From Oscillospiraceae bacterium (lineage in GTDB: Bacteria; Bacillota; Negativicutes; Veillonellales; Dialisteraceae), in NCBI GenBank assembly GCA_963634795.1, contig CAVHDO010000002.1:1-57529 (forward strand): a stretch of DNA of 57,529 bases. The letters are read 5' to 3'. Of this stretch, positions 19,701-30,060 are shown in pieces. The notes under the pieces were generated by a model. The model saw only the letters and a program-made list of their open reading frames with translations, did not search any database and had not been told where the DNA came from. Positions within the stretch are counted from its first letter, which is position 1; every line of letters begins with the position of its first letter. The position numbers were made by a program, and so were the translations under genes.

Positions 19701-19883
19701 TTCATTCTCGGTTGCGCGCCGCTGGCCATCTCGGCCGGTGCCGGCGCCGGAGCCCGAAACGAAATGGGTATCACCGTCGTCTTCGGCACTCTCTCCGCGA
19801 CCGTTTTCTCCCTCCTCTTGACGCCGATGCTTTTCATCGTCATCGAAAAATTGCATTGGGGTTTCTGGAAGAAACAGAAATAA
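16761..19883 (+). CDS. RND efflux permease (AcrB/HAE1 family)
   Basis: 1040 aa. Sequence MSKFFINRPVFAIVIAL.., 12-TM architecture with two large periplasmic loops, and GLVVDDAIVVIE. Confidence 0.95.
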   Translation: MSKFFINRPVFAIVIALVITIAGLLCMTILPVDRYPQITPTQVSVRANYPGADSEVVEQTVAQVIEKQVVSVEGFDNMNSTSNADGSYSLNVQFLAGTDQDMAAVRVQNAVAQADASLPDTVRTLGVTSQKSSNDIAMVLAIKSPNGTYDSTFLKNYFSMNYVDELKNIKGVGTVQEFGADYAMRIWLDPTKMAQNNLTAAEVLAAIQSQNTQVAAGNVGSRPTDADTSFQYTISVQGRLASEEEFGNIALRTNTDGSVLRMRDVAKIQLDSREYNFIGLSDGLDSTGVGISLTTDANAIETLGAIKAKLEEDEKTFPADMQLDIIIDNTDFIMASIKEVLHTFFEALILVAVIVYLFLQNWRSTLIPMIAVPVSLLGTFASFVLLDFTINTLTLFAMVLAIGLVVDDAIVVIEAVEYEMRYNNKSPREATVIAMDKVQSPVIGVAAVLAAVFIPVAFLSGVMGILYQQFALTIAVSVLISAFVALSLTPTLCAMLLKEEKDHADKSALGRFFEKFNDWFDRVIDSYGQILTKLGQKIIVPIGFLVGLTVVSGLLFMKLPTAFIPAEDNGYYLVSVSLPEGSTANRTNKEIKKYVDFIGSQPGVLHTFGLTGMDVLSGGVKPNAGTSFIRLDHWDNRKTAETSVNTFIGKSFAYGAMNPNVSLIAMNPPPIPGLGASGGFTIYIQNKAGASTEELYNVVNQFLAAANQRPEIAQAYTMFRMDTPAYNFDIDRDKAARSGVNVSDIFTALQTYYGGVQVNDFTLYGRNFKVVAQADTDYRMNVLDNKFLTVRDASGNMVPISNFITPKQTSSAAVLTRFNNFPAIKVGGSNADGYSSGDALNALEEVANEVLPTGYAYVFAETSQQEREAGNKTVYALALGMLFVFLALAALYESWKVPFTVLFGIPTGFFGACLAALLCGVYNDIYFQIGLLVIIGLAAKNAILIVEYAKVRTDAGMDAHQAAVEAARIRLRPILMTSLAFILGCAPLAISAGAGAGARNEMGITVVFGTLSATVFSLLLTPMLFIVIEKLHWGFWKKQK

Positions 19884-19896
19884 TTTCACGGTAATG

Positions 19897-19929
19897 AAAA
19901 ACTCCGCTCATATGTGGCGGAGTTTTTTT
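19897..19929 (+). terminator. Rho-independent terminator after the RND permease gene
   Basis: actccgc tcatatgt gcggagt followed by T7. Confidence 0.8.
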
Positions 19930-20197
19930 GTTTCTGTTTTGGGAAACAGTGTGCTTGGATTTTTTGTCAGGCAAGATTGAGACGTCAGATTTCAAAGGCA
20001 GAATTGAGATTTGAGAAGCACAAGCGATTTCATTTTTGACTTTGATGCGTTTGGGAGAATAACTTTCTGCTGATAGAGATGAGAAAAAGCGGATGTGTTT
20101 CGCGCGATTTTTATAAAATGGTGCTGTGAAAAATTGATTTTCATTTTTTTGCGCCTCTTTCTATGTGAAATCATGCAGGGAGTTTCTCTACAGAATT

Positions 20198-20276
20198 CCT
20201 TACGTTACTTCGCTTTCTTTTCTGGGGAAAAAGAAAAGGAAGTGAAGTAAGGGAAAGAATCCGCCGCCAAGGCAAG
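20198..20276. repeat. Second copy of repeat module U
   Basis: ccttacgttacttcgctttcttttctggggaaaaagaaaaggaagtgaagtaagggaaagaatccgccgccaaggcaa aligns with 12994..13073. Confidence 0.75.
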
Positions 20277-20360
20277 ATAGCTAGCCGTTAGCAATTGGCC
20301 GTGAGTAGTTAAGCCTAGCTGTTTGTTGTTTGGCTTTTGCGGCGTTTGCGGTTCTAAAAC

Positions 20361-20395
20361 AAACCAAATCAAATCAAATCAAATCAAATCAAATT
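20361..20395. repeat. Pentanucleotide microsatellite (AAATC)5 with degenerate flanking units
   Basis: aaacc aaatc aaatc aaatc aaatc aaatc aaatt. Located ~140 bp upstream of the uvrB start. Confidence 0.9.
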
Positions 20396-20533
20396 GAAAA
20401 TAGCGGCATTGCAGCAGATGGAATTATGCTTTGTATTTTACTTTGTTTTTTACAGCATCTTTTTGGGGTGGATTTTTATGAAATGATATAATAACAGTAA
20501 GAGAGATTGTCATTTTATGGAATGAGGATTTTT

Positions 20534-22639
20534 ATGGCACATTCTGAGATTTTGCGGCCGGATTATGAGACGGGGATTCCGTTTCGTCTGAAGGCGCCGT
20601 TTTCTGCGACGGGGGATCAGCCGAAGGCGGTGGACTCTTTGGTGGACGGGCTGCGCGGCGGCGAGTGGGCGCAGGTTTTGCTCGGCGCGACGGGGACGGG
20701 GAAGACATTCACGATGGCAAAGGTCATCGAAGAAGTGCAGCGCCCCACGCTGATTATTTCTCCGAATAAAACTTTGGCGGCACAGACGGCGAGCGAATTC
20801 AAAGATTTTTTCCCGGACAACGCCGTGTACTATTTTGTTTCCTATTACGATTATTATCAGCCGGAGTCGTACATTCCCGCGACGGATACGTACATCGAGA
20901 AGGATTCGTCGATGAATGAGGAAATCGACCGGCTGCGGCATTCGGCGACGATGGCGCTTTTCGAACGGCGGGATGTGATCATCGTGGCGTCTGTTTCCTG
21001 CATTTATGGGCTGGGAGATCCGGTGGATTACTCCACGATGGGGCTCTCGCTTCGGCCGGGTGAGGAAATATCGCGGGAGGCCATTTTGGAAAAATTGGTT
21101 TCCATGCAGTATCTGCGGAATGATTTGAATTTCACGCGCGATACGTTTCGGGTGCGCGGGGACATTGTGGATGTGTTTCCGGCGTCGTCGAATCATACGG
21201 GCGTGCGGATTGAGATGTTCGGCGACGAGATTGAGCGGCTTTCGGAATTTGACGTGGTGTCGGGAGAAACGGTCGCGACGAGAAATCATATCGCGATATT
21301 TCCTGCGTCGCATTATGTCACGACGTCGGAGAAATTGCTCCGCGCGGAGCGGAGTATCGAGGCGGAGCTGGAGGCGCGGGTGGCCGAGCTGCGGGCGCGG
21401 GATCGGCTCTTGGAGGCGCAACGGCTGGAGCAGCGGACGCAGTATGATTTGGAAATGATGCGCGAGGTGGGCTATTGCTCGGGGATTGAAAATTATTCGC
21501 GGCATTTGTCGAATCGCGCGCCGGGAGATCCGCCGTTCACACTCTTGGATTATTTCCCGGATGATTTTTTGATTATGATCGATGAATCGCACGTGACGGT
21601 GCCGCAGCTGCGGGCGATGTACAATGGAGACCGCTCACGGAAAACAAGTCTGGTGGAGTACGGTTTCCGTTTGCCGTCGGCGCTGGACAATCGGCCGCTG
21701 ACTTTCGATGAATTTACGGAGCGTATCAACCAGATTATTTACGTATCGGCGACGCCGGGGCCGTATGAAATGGGCGCGCAGACGAATGTGGCCGAGCAGA
21801 TTATCCGGCCGACGGGGCTCTTGGATCCATCGGTGGAGGTGCGGCCGATTGCGGGGCAGATGGATGATCTTTTGGGAGAAATCCACAAGCGGATGGACGC
21901 CGGCGAGCGGGTCTTGGTGACGACACTCACGAAGAAAATGGCGGAGGATCTCACGGATTTCCTGACGGAGGTCGGGATTCGGGTGCGGTATCTGCATTCG
22001 GATGTGGCGACGATTGAGCGGGCGGAAATTATTCGCGATTTGCGCGCCGGGGTCTTCGATGTCTTGGTCGGAATCAATTTGCTGCGCGAAGGGCTGGATA
22101 TGCCGGAGGTGTCACTGGTCGCGATTTTGGACGCAGACAAGGAAGGGTTTCTTCGGTCGGAAACGTCGATGATTCAGGTGATCGGGCGTGCGGCGAGAAA
22201 TGCGCATGGGCACGTGATTATGTACGCGGATCGGATGACGGACTCCATGCAGCGGGCGATTTCGGAAACGGAGCGGCGCCGCGCCATTCAGCAAGCGTAC
22301 AATGAGGAGCACGGCATCACGCCGCAGACGATACAGAAAAAGGTGAAGGATCTCATCGATTTGACGAAGGTGGAGGACGCGCCTGCGGATTACGGCGGGA
22401 AAGAGGAAACGGACGCGCTGTCGGACGAATCGCTGTATCAGCGAATCCAAGATGCGGAGCGGGATATGAAACGCGCGGCCAAAGCGATGGAATATGAGGA
22501 GGCGGCGATGTGGCGCGATACCTTGGCGGAGCTCCGGCAGCAATGGAGCGACCGCTTCGGTTCGCAGGCGAAATCGGCGATGAAGCGGATCGAAAACGGA
22601 CGGAAACGGATTTCACGGCCGAGGAAGAAGAGGGTGTGA
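20534..22639 (+). CDS. uvrB: Excinuclease ABC subunit B
   Basis: ORF 20507..22639, ATG 20534. Sequence [22 protein letters not shown], helicase motifs, and a C-terminal UVR domain ([10 protein letters not shown]). Confidence 0.97.
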   Translation: MAHSEILRPDYETGIPFRLKAPFSATGDQPKAVDSLVDGLRGGEWAQVLLGATGTGKTFTMAKVIEEVQRPTLIISPNKTLAAQTASEFKDFFPDNAVYYFVSYYDYYQPESYIPATDTYIEKDSSMNEEIDRLRHSATMALFERRDVIIVASVSCIYGLGDPVDYSTMGLSLRPGEEISREAILEKLVSMQYLRNDLNFTRDTFRVRGDIVDVFPASSNHTGVRIEMFGDEIERLSEFDVVSGETVATRNHIAIFPASHYVTTSEKLLRAERSIEAELEARVAELRARDRLLEAQRLEQRTQYDLEMMREVGYCSGIENYSRHLSNRAPGDPPFTLLDYFPDDFLIMIDESHVTVPQLRAMYNGDRSRKTSLVEYGFRLPSALDNRPLTFDEFTERINQIIYVSATPGPYEMGAQTNVAEQIIRPTGLLDPSVEVRPIAGQMDDLLGEIHKRMDAGERVLVTTLTKKMAEDLTDFLTEVGIRVRYLHSDVATIERAEIIRDLRAGVFDVLVGINLLREGLDMPEVSLVAILDADKEGFLRSETSMIQVIGRAARNAHGHVIMYADRMTDSMQRAISETERRRAIQQAYNEEHGITPQTIQKKVKDLIDLTKVEDAPADYGGKEETDALSDESLYQRIQDAERDMKRAAKAMEYEEAAMWRDTLAELRQQWSDRFGSQAKSAMKRIENGRKRISRPRKKRV

Positions 22640-22680
22640 GGTGAATGGTTTGTTGACACATAGAGGTGGAGACGTCAGAG

Positions 22681-22810
22681 GCAAAGTTAGCAGTTAGCAA
22701 TTAGCAATTAGCAGTTCAGGTGTCGCCTGCGGCGACGATTTTATAAAAATCGCGCCGCAGGCGCGTTCCTGAATTGCTAACTGCTCACTGCTAATTGCTA
22801 ACTCTTTTGC
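22681..22810. repeat. 130-bp compound inverted repeat (TTAGCA/GCTAA word arms around a module P core)
   Basis: Left arm gcaaagttagcagttagcaattagcaattagcagttcagg. Right arm cctgaattgctaactgctcactgctaattgctaactcttttgc. Two inner hairpins (gtcgcc/ggcgac, gcgcc/ggcgc) flank TTTTATAAAAAT. Confidence 0.85.
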
Positions 22811-22864
22811 GCCTGACGTTCCAAGCCGAGCAATACGTAATTTATTTTCGAGAAAAGGAACGAT

Positions 22865-25720
22865 ATGGAAAAAGGAATTGTGATCCGGGGCGCCCGGCAG
22901 AATAATTTGAAGAATATTAATTTGGAATTGCCGCGGAACAAGCTGATTGTGTTTTCCGGTTTGTCGGGCTCGGGGAAGTCGTCGCTGGCTTTCGATACGA
23001 TTTACGCGGAGGGGCAGCGGAAATATGTGGAGTCGCTCTCGGCGTATGCGCGGCAGTTTCTGGGGCAGATGAATAAGCCGGAGGTCGATAAGATTGAAGG
23101 GTTGTCGCCGGCGATTTCCATCGATCAGAAATCGACGAGCCACAATCCGCGCTCCACGGTGGGGACGGTGACGGAGATTCACGATTATTTGCGCATGCTG
23201 TACGCGCACGCGAGCCGAGCTTTCTGTCCTTCCTGCGGGCGTCCGATCACGCGGCAGGCGCCGGATCAAATTGTCGATGAGTTGATGAAACTGCCGGAAG
23301 GGACGAAGTTGCTCCTCTTGGGACCGGTCGCGGTGGCGAAAAAAGGGACGCACAAAAAACTGATCGAAGAATTGCAAAAGCAGGGGTATGTGCGCCTGCG
23401 GGCGGACGGCACGGTGTATGAAATTTCGGAAGTCCCGGAGCTGGAAAAGAATAAGAAACACACGGTCGAGGTCGTCGTCGATCGTCTCGTGGTGCGGAAA
23501 GAAATGGCGTCGCGTCTGGCGGATTCCGTGGAAACGGCGCTGAAATTGGGCGACGGTCTCATGGTCGCGCATATTTTGGGCGAAAAAGATTTGCTTTTCA
23601 GTACGCATTTTGCGTGCCCGGAATGCGGTATTTCTTTGCCGAAGGCCGAGCCGCGCATTTTTTCTTTCAACAATCCTTTCGGCGCCTGTCCGGCCTGCAT
23701 GGGGCTGGGCTCGTCGCTGGAGGTGGATTTTGCGCGCGTGCTGCCGGATCGGTCCATGCCGTTTCGGTTGGGCGCGATTCGCTCGTTTCCCGTGAACGGG
23801 GAAAGCTGGCTGTATCGGCAGCTCGGCGGTTTCCTTTCGTCGCAGGGGCTGACGATGGACGCGTGCTACGACGATTTGTCGGCGGAAGCGAAGAAAATTT
23901 TGGAAAACGGCGGCGGCGAAGCGTTTGATTTCGAGTACGAAAATATGCGCGGAGAGCGGAAAACATATCATCGCGTGTTTGAAGGGCTCGTGCCGATGGT
24001 GAAGCGTCGCTACGAAGAGGCGTTTACGGATAAAATGAAGGAGGAGCTCGCGGAATATCTCGTAGAGAAACCGTGTCCCACCTGTCACGGCGCGCGGCTT
24101 TGTCCGGAGAGCTTGGCGTTTCGCGTGGGCGGTCTGTCGATTGCGGAGGTCTCGGATTTGTCCGTGACACGGCTGATCGAATTTTTGAGCCATGTCGATT
24201 TCACGGAAAAAGAAGCGAAAATTGCGGACCAAATTTTGAAGGAAATTTTGGCGCGATTGACGTTTCTGGAAAATGTGGGGCTGGATTATCTCACGCTGTC
24301 GCGGAGCGCGTCGTCTCTTTCGGGCGGTGAGGCGCAGCGGATTCGGCTGGCGACGCAAATCGGATCGGGTCTCGTCGGCGTGCTTTACATTTTGGACGAG
24401 CCGTCCATCGGCCTCCATCAGCGGGACAATGACAAATTGCTCGCCACGCTGAAAAATATGCGCGACATCGGAAATACATTGATTGTCGTCGAGCATGACG
24501 AAGACACGATTCGCGCGGCGGATTGGATTGTGGACATCGGGCCGGGCGCGGGGGAAGCCGGCGGCTACGTCGTCGCGTCCGGGCAAGTTTCCGACATCGA
24601 AAAAGTGAAAGAATCGTACACGGGTCAGTATCTTTCAGGCGAAAAATACATTCCGCTGCCTCGTGAGCGCAAGAAAGGAAACGGGCTTTTCATCAAAATT
24701 ATCGGCGCGTCCGAGCACAATCTGAAGCACATCGACGTGTCCATTCCGCTCGGCGCGTTTACGGTCGTCACGGGCGAATCGGGCAGCGGGAAATCGACGC
24801 TCGTGAATGATATTCTTTTCCGCGGATTGTCGAATATGAAAAATCGGACGTATTATCGCATGGGACAATTCGAGAAAATTTTGGGCGGCGAATACATCGA
24901 CAAAATCATCGACATCGATCAGCAGCCTATCGGCCGCACGCCGCGCTCCAATCCGGCGACCTATACCGGCGTTTTCAATGACATCCGCGAGCTCTACAGC
25001 CAGACGCCGGAAGCGAAAATGCGCGGCTACAAGCCGGGGCGGTTCAGTTTCAATGTACGGGGCGGGCGTTGTGAGACTTGCCACGGAGACGGCATTTTGA
25101 AAATTGAAATGCAATTTCTGTCCGATGTGTACGTGCCGTGCGAGACGTGCCACGGCGCGCGTTACAATCGGGAGACGTTGCAGGTCACGTACAAAGGGAA
25201 AAATATTTCCGATGTCCTCAATATGACGGTCGATGAAGCGATTTCTTTTTTTGACGCGCATCCGAAAATTTTGAAAAAATTGGAAACGCTGGCGGAAGTG
25301 GGGCTGGGTTACATTCGCCTCGGGCAGCCGGCGACGACGATGTCCGGCGGGGAAGCGCAACGCGTGAAATTGGCGACGGAGCTCCTTCGTCGCGCCACCG
25401 GCGGAACCTTGTACATTTTGGACGAGCCGACGACGGGACTCCACAGCGAAGACATTCGAAAACTGTTGCAAATTTTGCGGCGCCTGGTCGATCAGGGAAA
25501 TACGGTCGTCGTGATTGAGCACAATCTGGACGTCGCCAAAGTCGCCGATTACATGATTGATTTGGGGCCGGAAGGCGGCGAGCGCGGCGGCGAAGTGATT
25601 GCGACGGGGACGCCGGAAGAAATTTGCAAAGAGCCGCGTTCGTACACCGGACAATATTTGAAACCGATCATCAAGCGCACGCGGGCTTTAATGGAGAAAC
25701 ATCATGATCGCGGTGAATGA
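22865..25720 (+). CDS. uvrA: Excinuclease ABC subunit A
   Basis: 951 aa. Sequence [24 protein letters not shown], zinc-finger cysteines, and duplicated ABC ATPase modules. Confidence 0.97.
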   Translation: MEKGIVIRGARQNNLKNINLELPRNKLIVFSGLSGSGKSSLAFDTIYAEGQRKYVESLSAYARQFLGQMNKPEVDKIEGLSPAISIDQKSTSHNPRSTVGTVTEIHDYLRMLYAHASRAFCPSCGRPITRQAPDQIVDELMKLPEGTKLLLLGPVAVAKKGTHKKLIEELQKQGYVRLRADGTVYEISEVPELEKNKKHTVEVVVDRLVVRKEMASRLADSVETALKLGDGLMVAHILGEKDLLFSTHFACPECGISLPKAEPRIFSFNNPFGACPACMGLGSSLEVDFARVLPDRSMPFRLGAIRSFPVNGESWLYRQLGGFLSSQGLTMDACYDDLSAEAKKILENGGGEAFDFEYENMRGERKTYHRVFEGLVPMVKRRYEEAFTDKMKEELAEYLVEKPCPTCHGARLCPESLAFRVGGLSIAEVSDLSVTRLIEFLSHVDFTEKEAKIADQILKEILARLTFLENVGLDYLTLSRSASSLSGGEAQRIRLATQIGSGLVGVLYILDEPSIGLHQRDNDKLLATLKNMRDIGNTLIVVEHDEDTIRAADWIVDIGPGAGEAGGYVVASGQVSDIEKVKESYTGQYLSGEKYIPLPRERKKGNGLFIKIIGASEHNLKHIDVSIPLGAFTVVTGESGSGKSTLVNDILFRGLSNMKNRTYYRMGQFEKILGGEYIDKIIDIDQQPIGRTPRSNPATYTGVFNDIRELYSQTPEAKMRGYKPGRFSFNVRGGRCETCHGDGILKIEMQFLSDVYVPCETCHGARYNRETLQVTYKGKNISDVLNMTVDEAISFFDAHPKILKKLETLAEVGLGYIRLGQPATTMSGGEAQRVKLATELLRRATGGTLYILDEPTTGLHSEDIRKLLQILRRLVDQGNTVVVIEHNLDVAKVADYMIDLGPEGGERGGEVIATGTPEEICKEPRSYTGQYLKPIIKRTRALMEKHHDRGE

Positions 25721-27572
25721 CGATATCCGTGCCAAAGTCGAGGCGCTTCCGACCTGTCCCGGCGTGTATCGCTGGAAGGACAAAAACGGAAAAGTCATTT
25801 ACGTCGGCAAAGCGGTGAATCTCAAAAATCGCGTCCGTTCCTATGTGCGCGAAGACAAAAACCGCTCGCCGAAAGTGGCCGCCATGATGCGCCACGCCGA
25901 AGACCTCGACATCACGATGACGGAAACGGAGATGGAGGCTTTGATTTTGGAATGCAGTCTCATCAAAGAGTTGCATCCGAAATACAATATTTCCCTTCGC
26001 GACGACAAAAGTTATCCGTACCTCAAAATTACAAAAGAAGAATGGCCGCGGATGTTTATCACAAGAAATATCAAGCGGGAGGACGGCGCACGGTATTTCG
26101 GTCCTTTCACCGATGTGGGCGGGCTGAAAGAAACGCTCCGCCTTTTGCGTGCGGAATATCCGATTCGCACCTGCCGCAGCATGAAGGTAGCGCGGCCGTG
26201 TCTGCAATATCATCTCGGCTATTGCGCCGCGCCCTGTCACGGTCTTTGCAACAAAGAAGAATACGCCGACATCGTGCGCGGCATTTCCGATATTTTCGAA
26301 GGACGTTCCACGGCTCTCGCCACGCGTCTCAAAAAAGAAATGGAAGCGGCCGCAGAGGCGTTGGATTTTGAAACGGCGGCCAAGCTGCGCGATCGATTGC
26401 AGGCGGTCAGAAGCGTGCAGCAAAGGCAGCACATCGTCGCGCAGGCCGGCGATTTCGACGTAATCGGACTCGCGCGGGACGGGCGGCACACGGCGCTGGA
26501 AATTTTTTATATTCGCTACGGTCGCATGATCGGAAAAGAAAATTACAGCATTCCCGACATGGAAGGCGAGACGGACGCGGCATTGCTGGCCGGATTTTTG
26601 AAAGAATTTTACGGCGCGGATGCTGTTTCCGTGCCCAAAGAAATTTTGGTGCCGCATCTGCCCGAGGACGCGGCGCTGTTGGCGGATTGGCTGGGACGCG
26701 GACGCGGCGGCGCGGTGCGGCTTTATGTGCCGGAGCGCGGTTTCAAAAAACGTCTCACGGACATGGCGGCGGCTAACGCGGCGAAATATTTGGCCGATAA
26801 AAAATTGCAATGGGAATATCGGGAAGCGCGCGAAAGTGCCGCCCCGGCGAGATTGAAAGAATTGTTGCGCCTGCCGCGCCTTCCCGAGCGCATGGAATGT
26901 TTCGACATTTCTCACAACCAAGGCGCGGAAACGGTCGCTTCGATGGTCGTTTTCGAGAGCGGACGCCCGGCGAAAAGCGAGTATCGGAAATTCAAATTGC
27001 AGACGACGCAGGGGACGCCGGACGATTTCAAATCCATGGCCGAGGTGATGGCGCGGCGCTACGGACACGAAAAGGATTGGCCGGAGCCGGATCTCATCGT
27101 CTTGGATGGCGGATTGGGGCAGCTTCACGCGGCGCTTCCGGTCATTCGGAGTTGCGGCGTCACGGCGCCGGTCATCGGGCTGGCAAAGCGCATGGAAGAA
27201 ATTTACACGGAGGCGTCCGATGCGCCTGTCATCTTGGATCCGCACGAGCTGGCGCTGCTTCTTTTGCAATCCATTCGCGACGAAGCGCACCGTTTCGTAA
27301 TTACGTATCACAGAAAGTGGACGGTCAAGCGGAATGCGGAATCGTTGCTGGATCACATCCCGGGCATCGGTGCGACGAGAAGAAACGCGCTGTGGCGGGC
27401 GTTTCGTTCACTGGATGAAATGGAAAAGGCCGGCGTGGAAGAGTTGTCGCGCGTGAAAGGGATGAATCGTCCGGCAGCGGAAGCGCTGTATCGTTTCCTG
27501 CAAATGACGAAGGATGAGAAACAGAATTTTTTGGCGAATGGCGATGCGAAACCGGAAGGAGAGCTGACATGA
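25704..27572 (+). CDS. uvrC: Excinuclease ABC subunit C
   Basis: 622 aa. GIY-YIG (PGVYRWKDKNGKVIYVGKA), UVR domain, endonuclease V-like domain, and C-terminal HhH2. Overlaps the uvrA 3' end by 17 nt. Confidence 0.96.
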   Translation: MIAVNDDIRAKVEALPTCPGVYRWKDKNGKVIYVGKAVNLKNRVRSYVREDKNRSPKVAAMMRHAEDLDITMTETEMEALILECSLIKELHPKYNISLRDDKSYPYLKITKEEWPRMFITRNIKREDGARYFGPFTDVGGLKETLRLLRAEYPIRTCRSMKVARPCLQYHLGYCAAPCHGLCNKEEYADIVRGISDIFEGRSTALATRLKKEMEAAAEALDFETAAKLRDRLQAVRSVQQRQHIVAQAGDFDVIGLARDGRHTALEIFYIRYGRMIGKENYSIPDMEGETDAALLAGFLKEFYGADAVSVPKEILVPHLPEDAALLADWLGRGRGGAVRLYVPERGFKKRLTDMAAANAAKYLADKKLQWEYREARESAAPARLKELLRLPRLPERMECFDISHNQGAETVASMVVFESGRPAKSEYRKFKLQTTQGTPDDFKSMAEVMARRYGHEKDWPEPDLIVLDGGLGQLHAALPVIRSCGVTAPVIGLAKRMEEIYTEASDAPVILDPHELALLLLQSIRDEAHRFVITYHRKWTVKRNAESLLDHIPGIGATRRNALWRAFRSLDEMEKAGVEELSRVKGMNRPAAEALYRFLQMTKDEKQNFLANGDAKPEGELT

Positions 27573-28108
27573 AAAAATTATTTTTGTTTCTGTTGCTGCT
27601 CGGCGTCGGCGCGGGTGCGGGTTTTCTGTGGGCGGATTCTGTGCTTGCGCCGGAGAAAGAGGCGCTCGCGGCGGCGGAAGAAAGAGTCGTGGTAGCGGCA
27701 CGCGCGCGGGCGGAGTACGTCCCGGATCTTTGCCGAGAGCTGAAAAGTTTTTCTTCGAACGAAGCGGCGACGCGGCAGGAAGCGGAAGAGGCAGCCCAAG
27801 CGATTTTGGCGGCCAAGACGGTGAAAGAGATGCGCGAGCCGAATGAAAAATTATCTTCCGCTTTCGGCACGCTTCTCTTGGCGTCGGATCGATATACCTA
27901 TCTCACGGCGCGCGAAGAATTTCAGGAGCTGAAGACATCGCTGGCAGCGGCGGAAAATCAATTGACCGTGAGTAGGGCCGCCTACAATCGCGCCGCCGAT
28001 GCGTACAACGGGACGCTCCGAAAATTTCCCGTATCTCTTTTCGCCCATCTTTTGGGATACGAGAGCGCGGAGAGAATGGGACGCTGGCAAACCGGCGTTT
28101 CCGAATAA
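27569..28108 (+). CDS. LemA family membrane protein
   Basis: 179 aa. N-terminal TM segment. Sequence ..RAAYNRAADAYNGTLRKFPVSLFAHLLGY.. is typical of LemA. The ATG overlaps the uvrC stop (ATGA). Confidence 0.85.
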   Translation: MKKLFLFLLLLGVGAGAGFLWADSVLAPEKEALAAAEERVVVAARARAEYVPDLCRELKSFSSNEAATRQEAEEAAQAILAAKTVKEMREPNEKLSSAFGTLLLASDRYTYLTAREEFQELKTSLAAAENQLTVSRAAYNRAADAYNGTLRKFPVSLFAHLLGYESAERMGRWQTGVSE

Positions 28109-28117
28109 AAACGGCAA

Positions 28118-28154
28118 CAAAAAAACACACTCGTTTTGATGAGTGTGTTTTTTT
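28118..28154. terminator. Bidirectional terminator between lemA and rpmF
   Basis: An A-run, acacactc gttttgat gagtgtgt, then T7. Confidence 0.8.
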
Positions 28155-28161
28155 GCGTTCC

Positions 28162-28347
28162 TCAGTCTTCGGTTTTGGCCGCGACGACGGATCTTCCTTT
28201 GTAGAAACCGCAAATCGGGCAGACGCGATGAGGCATTTTCATTTCGTGGCACTGCGGGCATTCGACGAGCCCCGGTACCGTCAGTTTCCAATTCGCACGT
28301 CTTTTGTCGCGACGCGCTCTTGAACTTTTATTCTTGGGAGCCGGCAT
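28162..28347 (-). CDS. rpmF: 50S ribosomal protein L32
   Basis: 61 aa. Sequence MPAPKNKSSRARRDKRRANWKL..PGLVECPQCHE..HRVCPICGFYKG. Confidence 0.93.
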   Translation of the reverse strand: MPAPKNKSSRARRDKRRANWKLTVPGLVECPQCHEMKMPHRVCPICGFYKGRSVVAAKTED

Positions 28348-28465
28348 GTTTGCACCTCCTTACTGACAGGCAAACGATTTCGTAAGATTCTCGAAGATAC
28401 CTCCGAGAAAAAATATTAACTCAGACATTATACGTGGCGGCGCCGAGTTTGTCAAACAGCGCTTT

Positions 28466-28855
28466 TCATTTCGGCGCAAATTCCGATTCGATGGCATTGA
28501 TTAAGTTTTGAAGATTTTGCGTCCATGCGAGGACTTGTGTTTTCATATACGGAAGGGAAGCCACACCTTTTTCCGTGATGTGATAGATGCGTTTGCTGCG
28601 TTTGTCCGGAGAGAGCCACCGGCTTTCCACAAATTTGTGCTCTTCCAAAAAATGCAAGACGGGATACATTTCATTCGGATTCGGGCGGTATGCAAATTCT
28701 GTCAGCGCAAAAATCTGCCGCTCGATTTGGTTTCCGTAGCTGTCGGCGTGCAGCAATGCGTTTAGGACAAAGGTTGCTGCCAAAAGCCGTTTCCATTGAC
28801 GACGCTCAACCAGCTCATCGATTTCTCGTTTGCTCTTATCGAAAAAAATATCCAT
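28466..28855 (-). CDS. PadR-family transcriptional regulator
   Basis: 129 aa. RBS GAGGAGG. Winged-helix region YGNQIERQIF..MYPVLHFLEEHKFVESRW...KRIYHITEKG. Confidence 0.85.
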   Translation of the reverse strand: MDIFFDKSKREIDELVERRQWKRLLAATFVLNALLHADSYGNQIERQIFALTEFAYRPNPNEMYPVLHFLEEHKFVESRWLSPDKRSKRIYHITEKGVASLPYMKTQVLAWTQNLQNLINAIESEFAPK

Positions 28856-29079
28856 GGCGAATGCCTCCTCGCTTTATTATTGATGAGTATATTATAAATG
28901 ATTCTTTTCCCGATGACAAATTTCGGAAACAAAGGTTCGGCAGGAGGAGATGGCTGTGGTATAATAGGCCAATCAATCGAAGCGATGTTTCTTGGGAAAA
29001 GGAAACGGGGTCTTGGCGATTGACGAAATCGCGGAGATGCGGAAATTTTCGCGGAAATCATGGTAGGAGGATGAGAAGC

Positions 29080-30060
29080 ATGGAAGGAAAGAAATGGAAA
29101 AAAGCGGCGGTGCTGGCGGCGCTCGGCGCAGCGGTTTTGGGCGCGGTGGCCGGTTGCGGGACGACGGCCGACAGCGGAAAGATGAAGGTCGGGATTGTGC
29201 AAATCGTGCAGCATCCGGCGCTGGATGCGGCGAACCAAGGCTTTGTGAAGGCGCTGGAGGATCGCGGGCTTTCCGGAAAGATTGAAATCGATCAGCAAAA
29301 TGCGCAGGGCGATCAGTCCAATCTGCGCTCGATTGCGAATCGTTTCGTTTCCGGGAAATATAAATTGATTGGCGCGGTTTCCACGCCGGCGGCGCAGGCG
29401 ATGGCCAATGCGACGTCGGAGATTCCGATTGTTTGCACGGCGATTACGAATTACGAGACGGCCAAGCTGATGAAATCGGAGGCGGCGCCGGACGGCAATG
29501 TCACGGGGACGTCGGATCGCGGGCCGGTCGACAAAGAGGTCGCGCTCATTCGGGAAATTCAGCCGGACGCCAAGAGAATCGGCATTATTTACAATTCGAG
29601 TGAAATCAATTCCGTCATTCAGGCCGGAGAATTGAAGAAACTTTGCGAGCCGCTCGGGATTACGGTCGTGGAGCGCACGGTCAATTCCATCAATGACATT
29701 CAGCAGATTGCGGAAGCTTTCGTCGGCGATGTCGATGCGATTTACGTGCCGACGGACAATGTGGTCGCCAGTGCGATTCCGACGCTCATGAGTGTGGCGA
29801 ATGCCGCAAAGATTCCGGTGTACGGCGCGGAAGTGGGCCACGTGGAAAACGGCGTGTTGGCGTCCGAATCGATCAGCTACTATGACATCGGTTACCAAGC
29901 GGGTCAGATGGCGTCCGATATTTTGGAAGGGAAAAACGGGATCAAAGATCATCCGGTGGAAGCGGCGAAGTCTTCGACTTTGTATATCAATAAGGCGGAG
30001 GCGGAGTTGCTCGGCATTCAAATCCCGCAGTCGGTGCTGGATCGGGCGAAAATGATTTAA
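29080..30060 (+). CDS. ABC transporter substrate-binding lipoprotein (ABC_sub_bind/BMP-like), orphan
   Basis: Only the C-terminal 326 codons of ORF 28690..30060 are credible. ATG 29080 lies 9 nt after AGGAGG. Lipobox VAGCG. Sequence KVGIVQIVQHPALDAA.. is typical of this SBP family. No permease or ATPase gene is adjacent. Confidence 0.82.
   Translation: MEGKKWKKAAVLAALGAAVLGAVAGCGTTADSGKMKVGIVQIVQHPALDAANQGFVKALEDRGLSGKIEIDQQNAQGDQSNLRSIANRFVSGKYKLIGAVSTPAAQAMANATSEIPIVCTAITNYETAKLMKSEAAPDGNVTGTSDRGPVDKEVALIREIQPDAKRIGIIYNSSEINSVIQAGELKKLCEPLGITVVERTVNSINDIQQIAEAFVGDVDAIYVPTDNVVASAIPTLMSVANAAKIPVYGAEVGHVENGVLASESISYYDIGYQAGQMASDILEGKNGIKDHPVEAAKSSTLYINKAEAELLGIQIPQSVLDRAKMI

Noticed and set aside
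28690-29079. N-terminal extension of the SBP ORF (456 aa as listed).
   Set aside because: The extension overlaps the PadR gene on the other strand and the divergent promoter region. The signal peptide and lipobox begin right after ATG 29080, which has an AGGAGG RBS.
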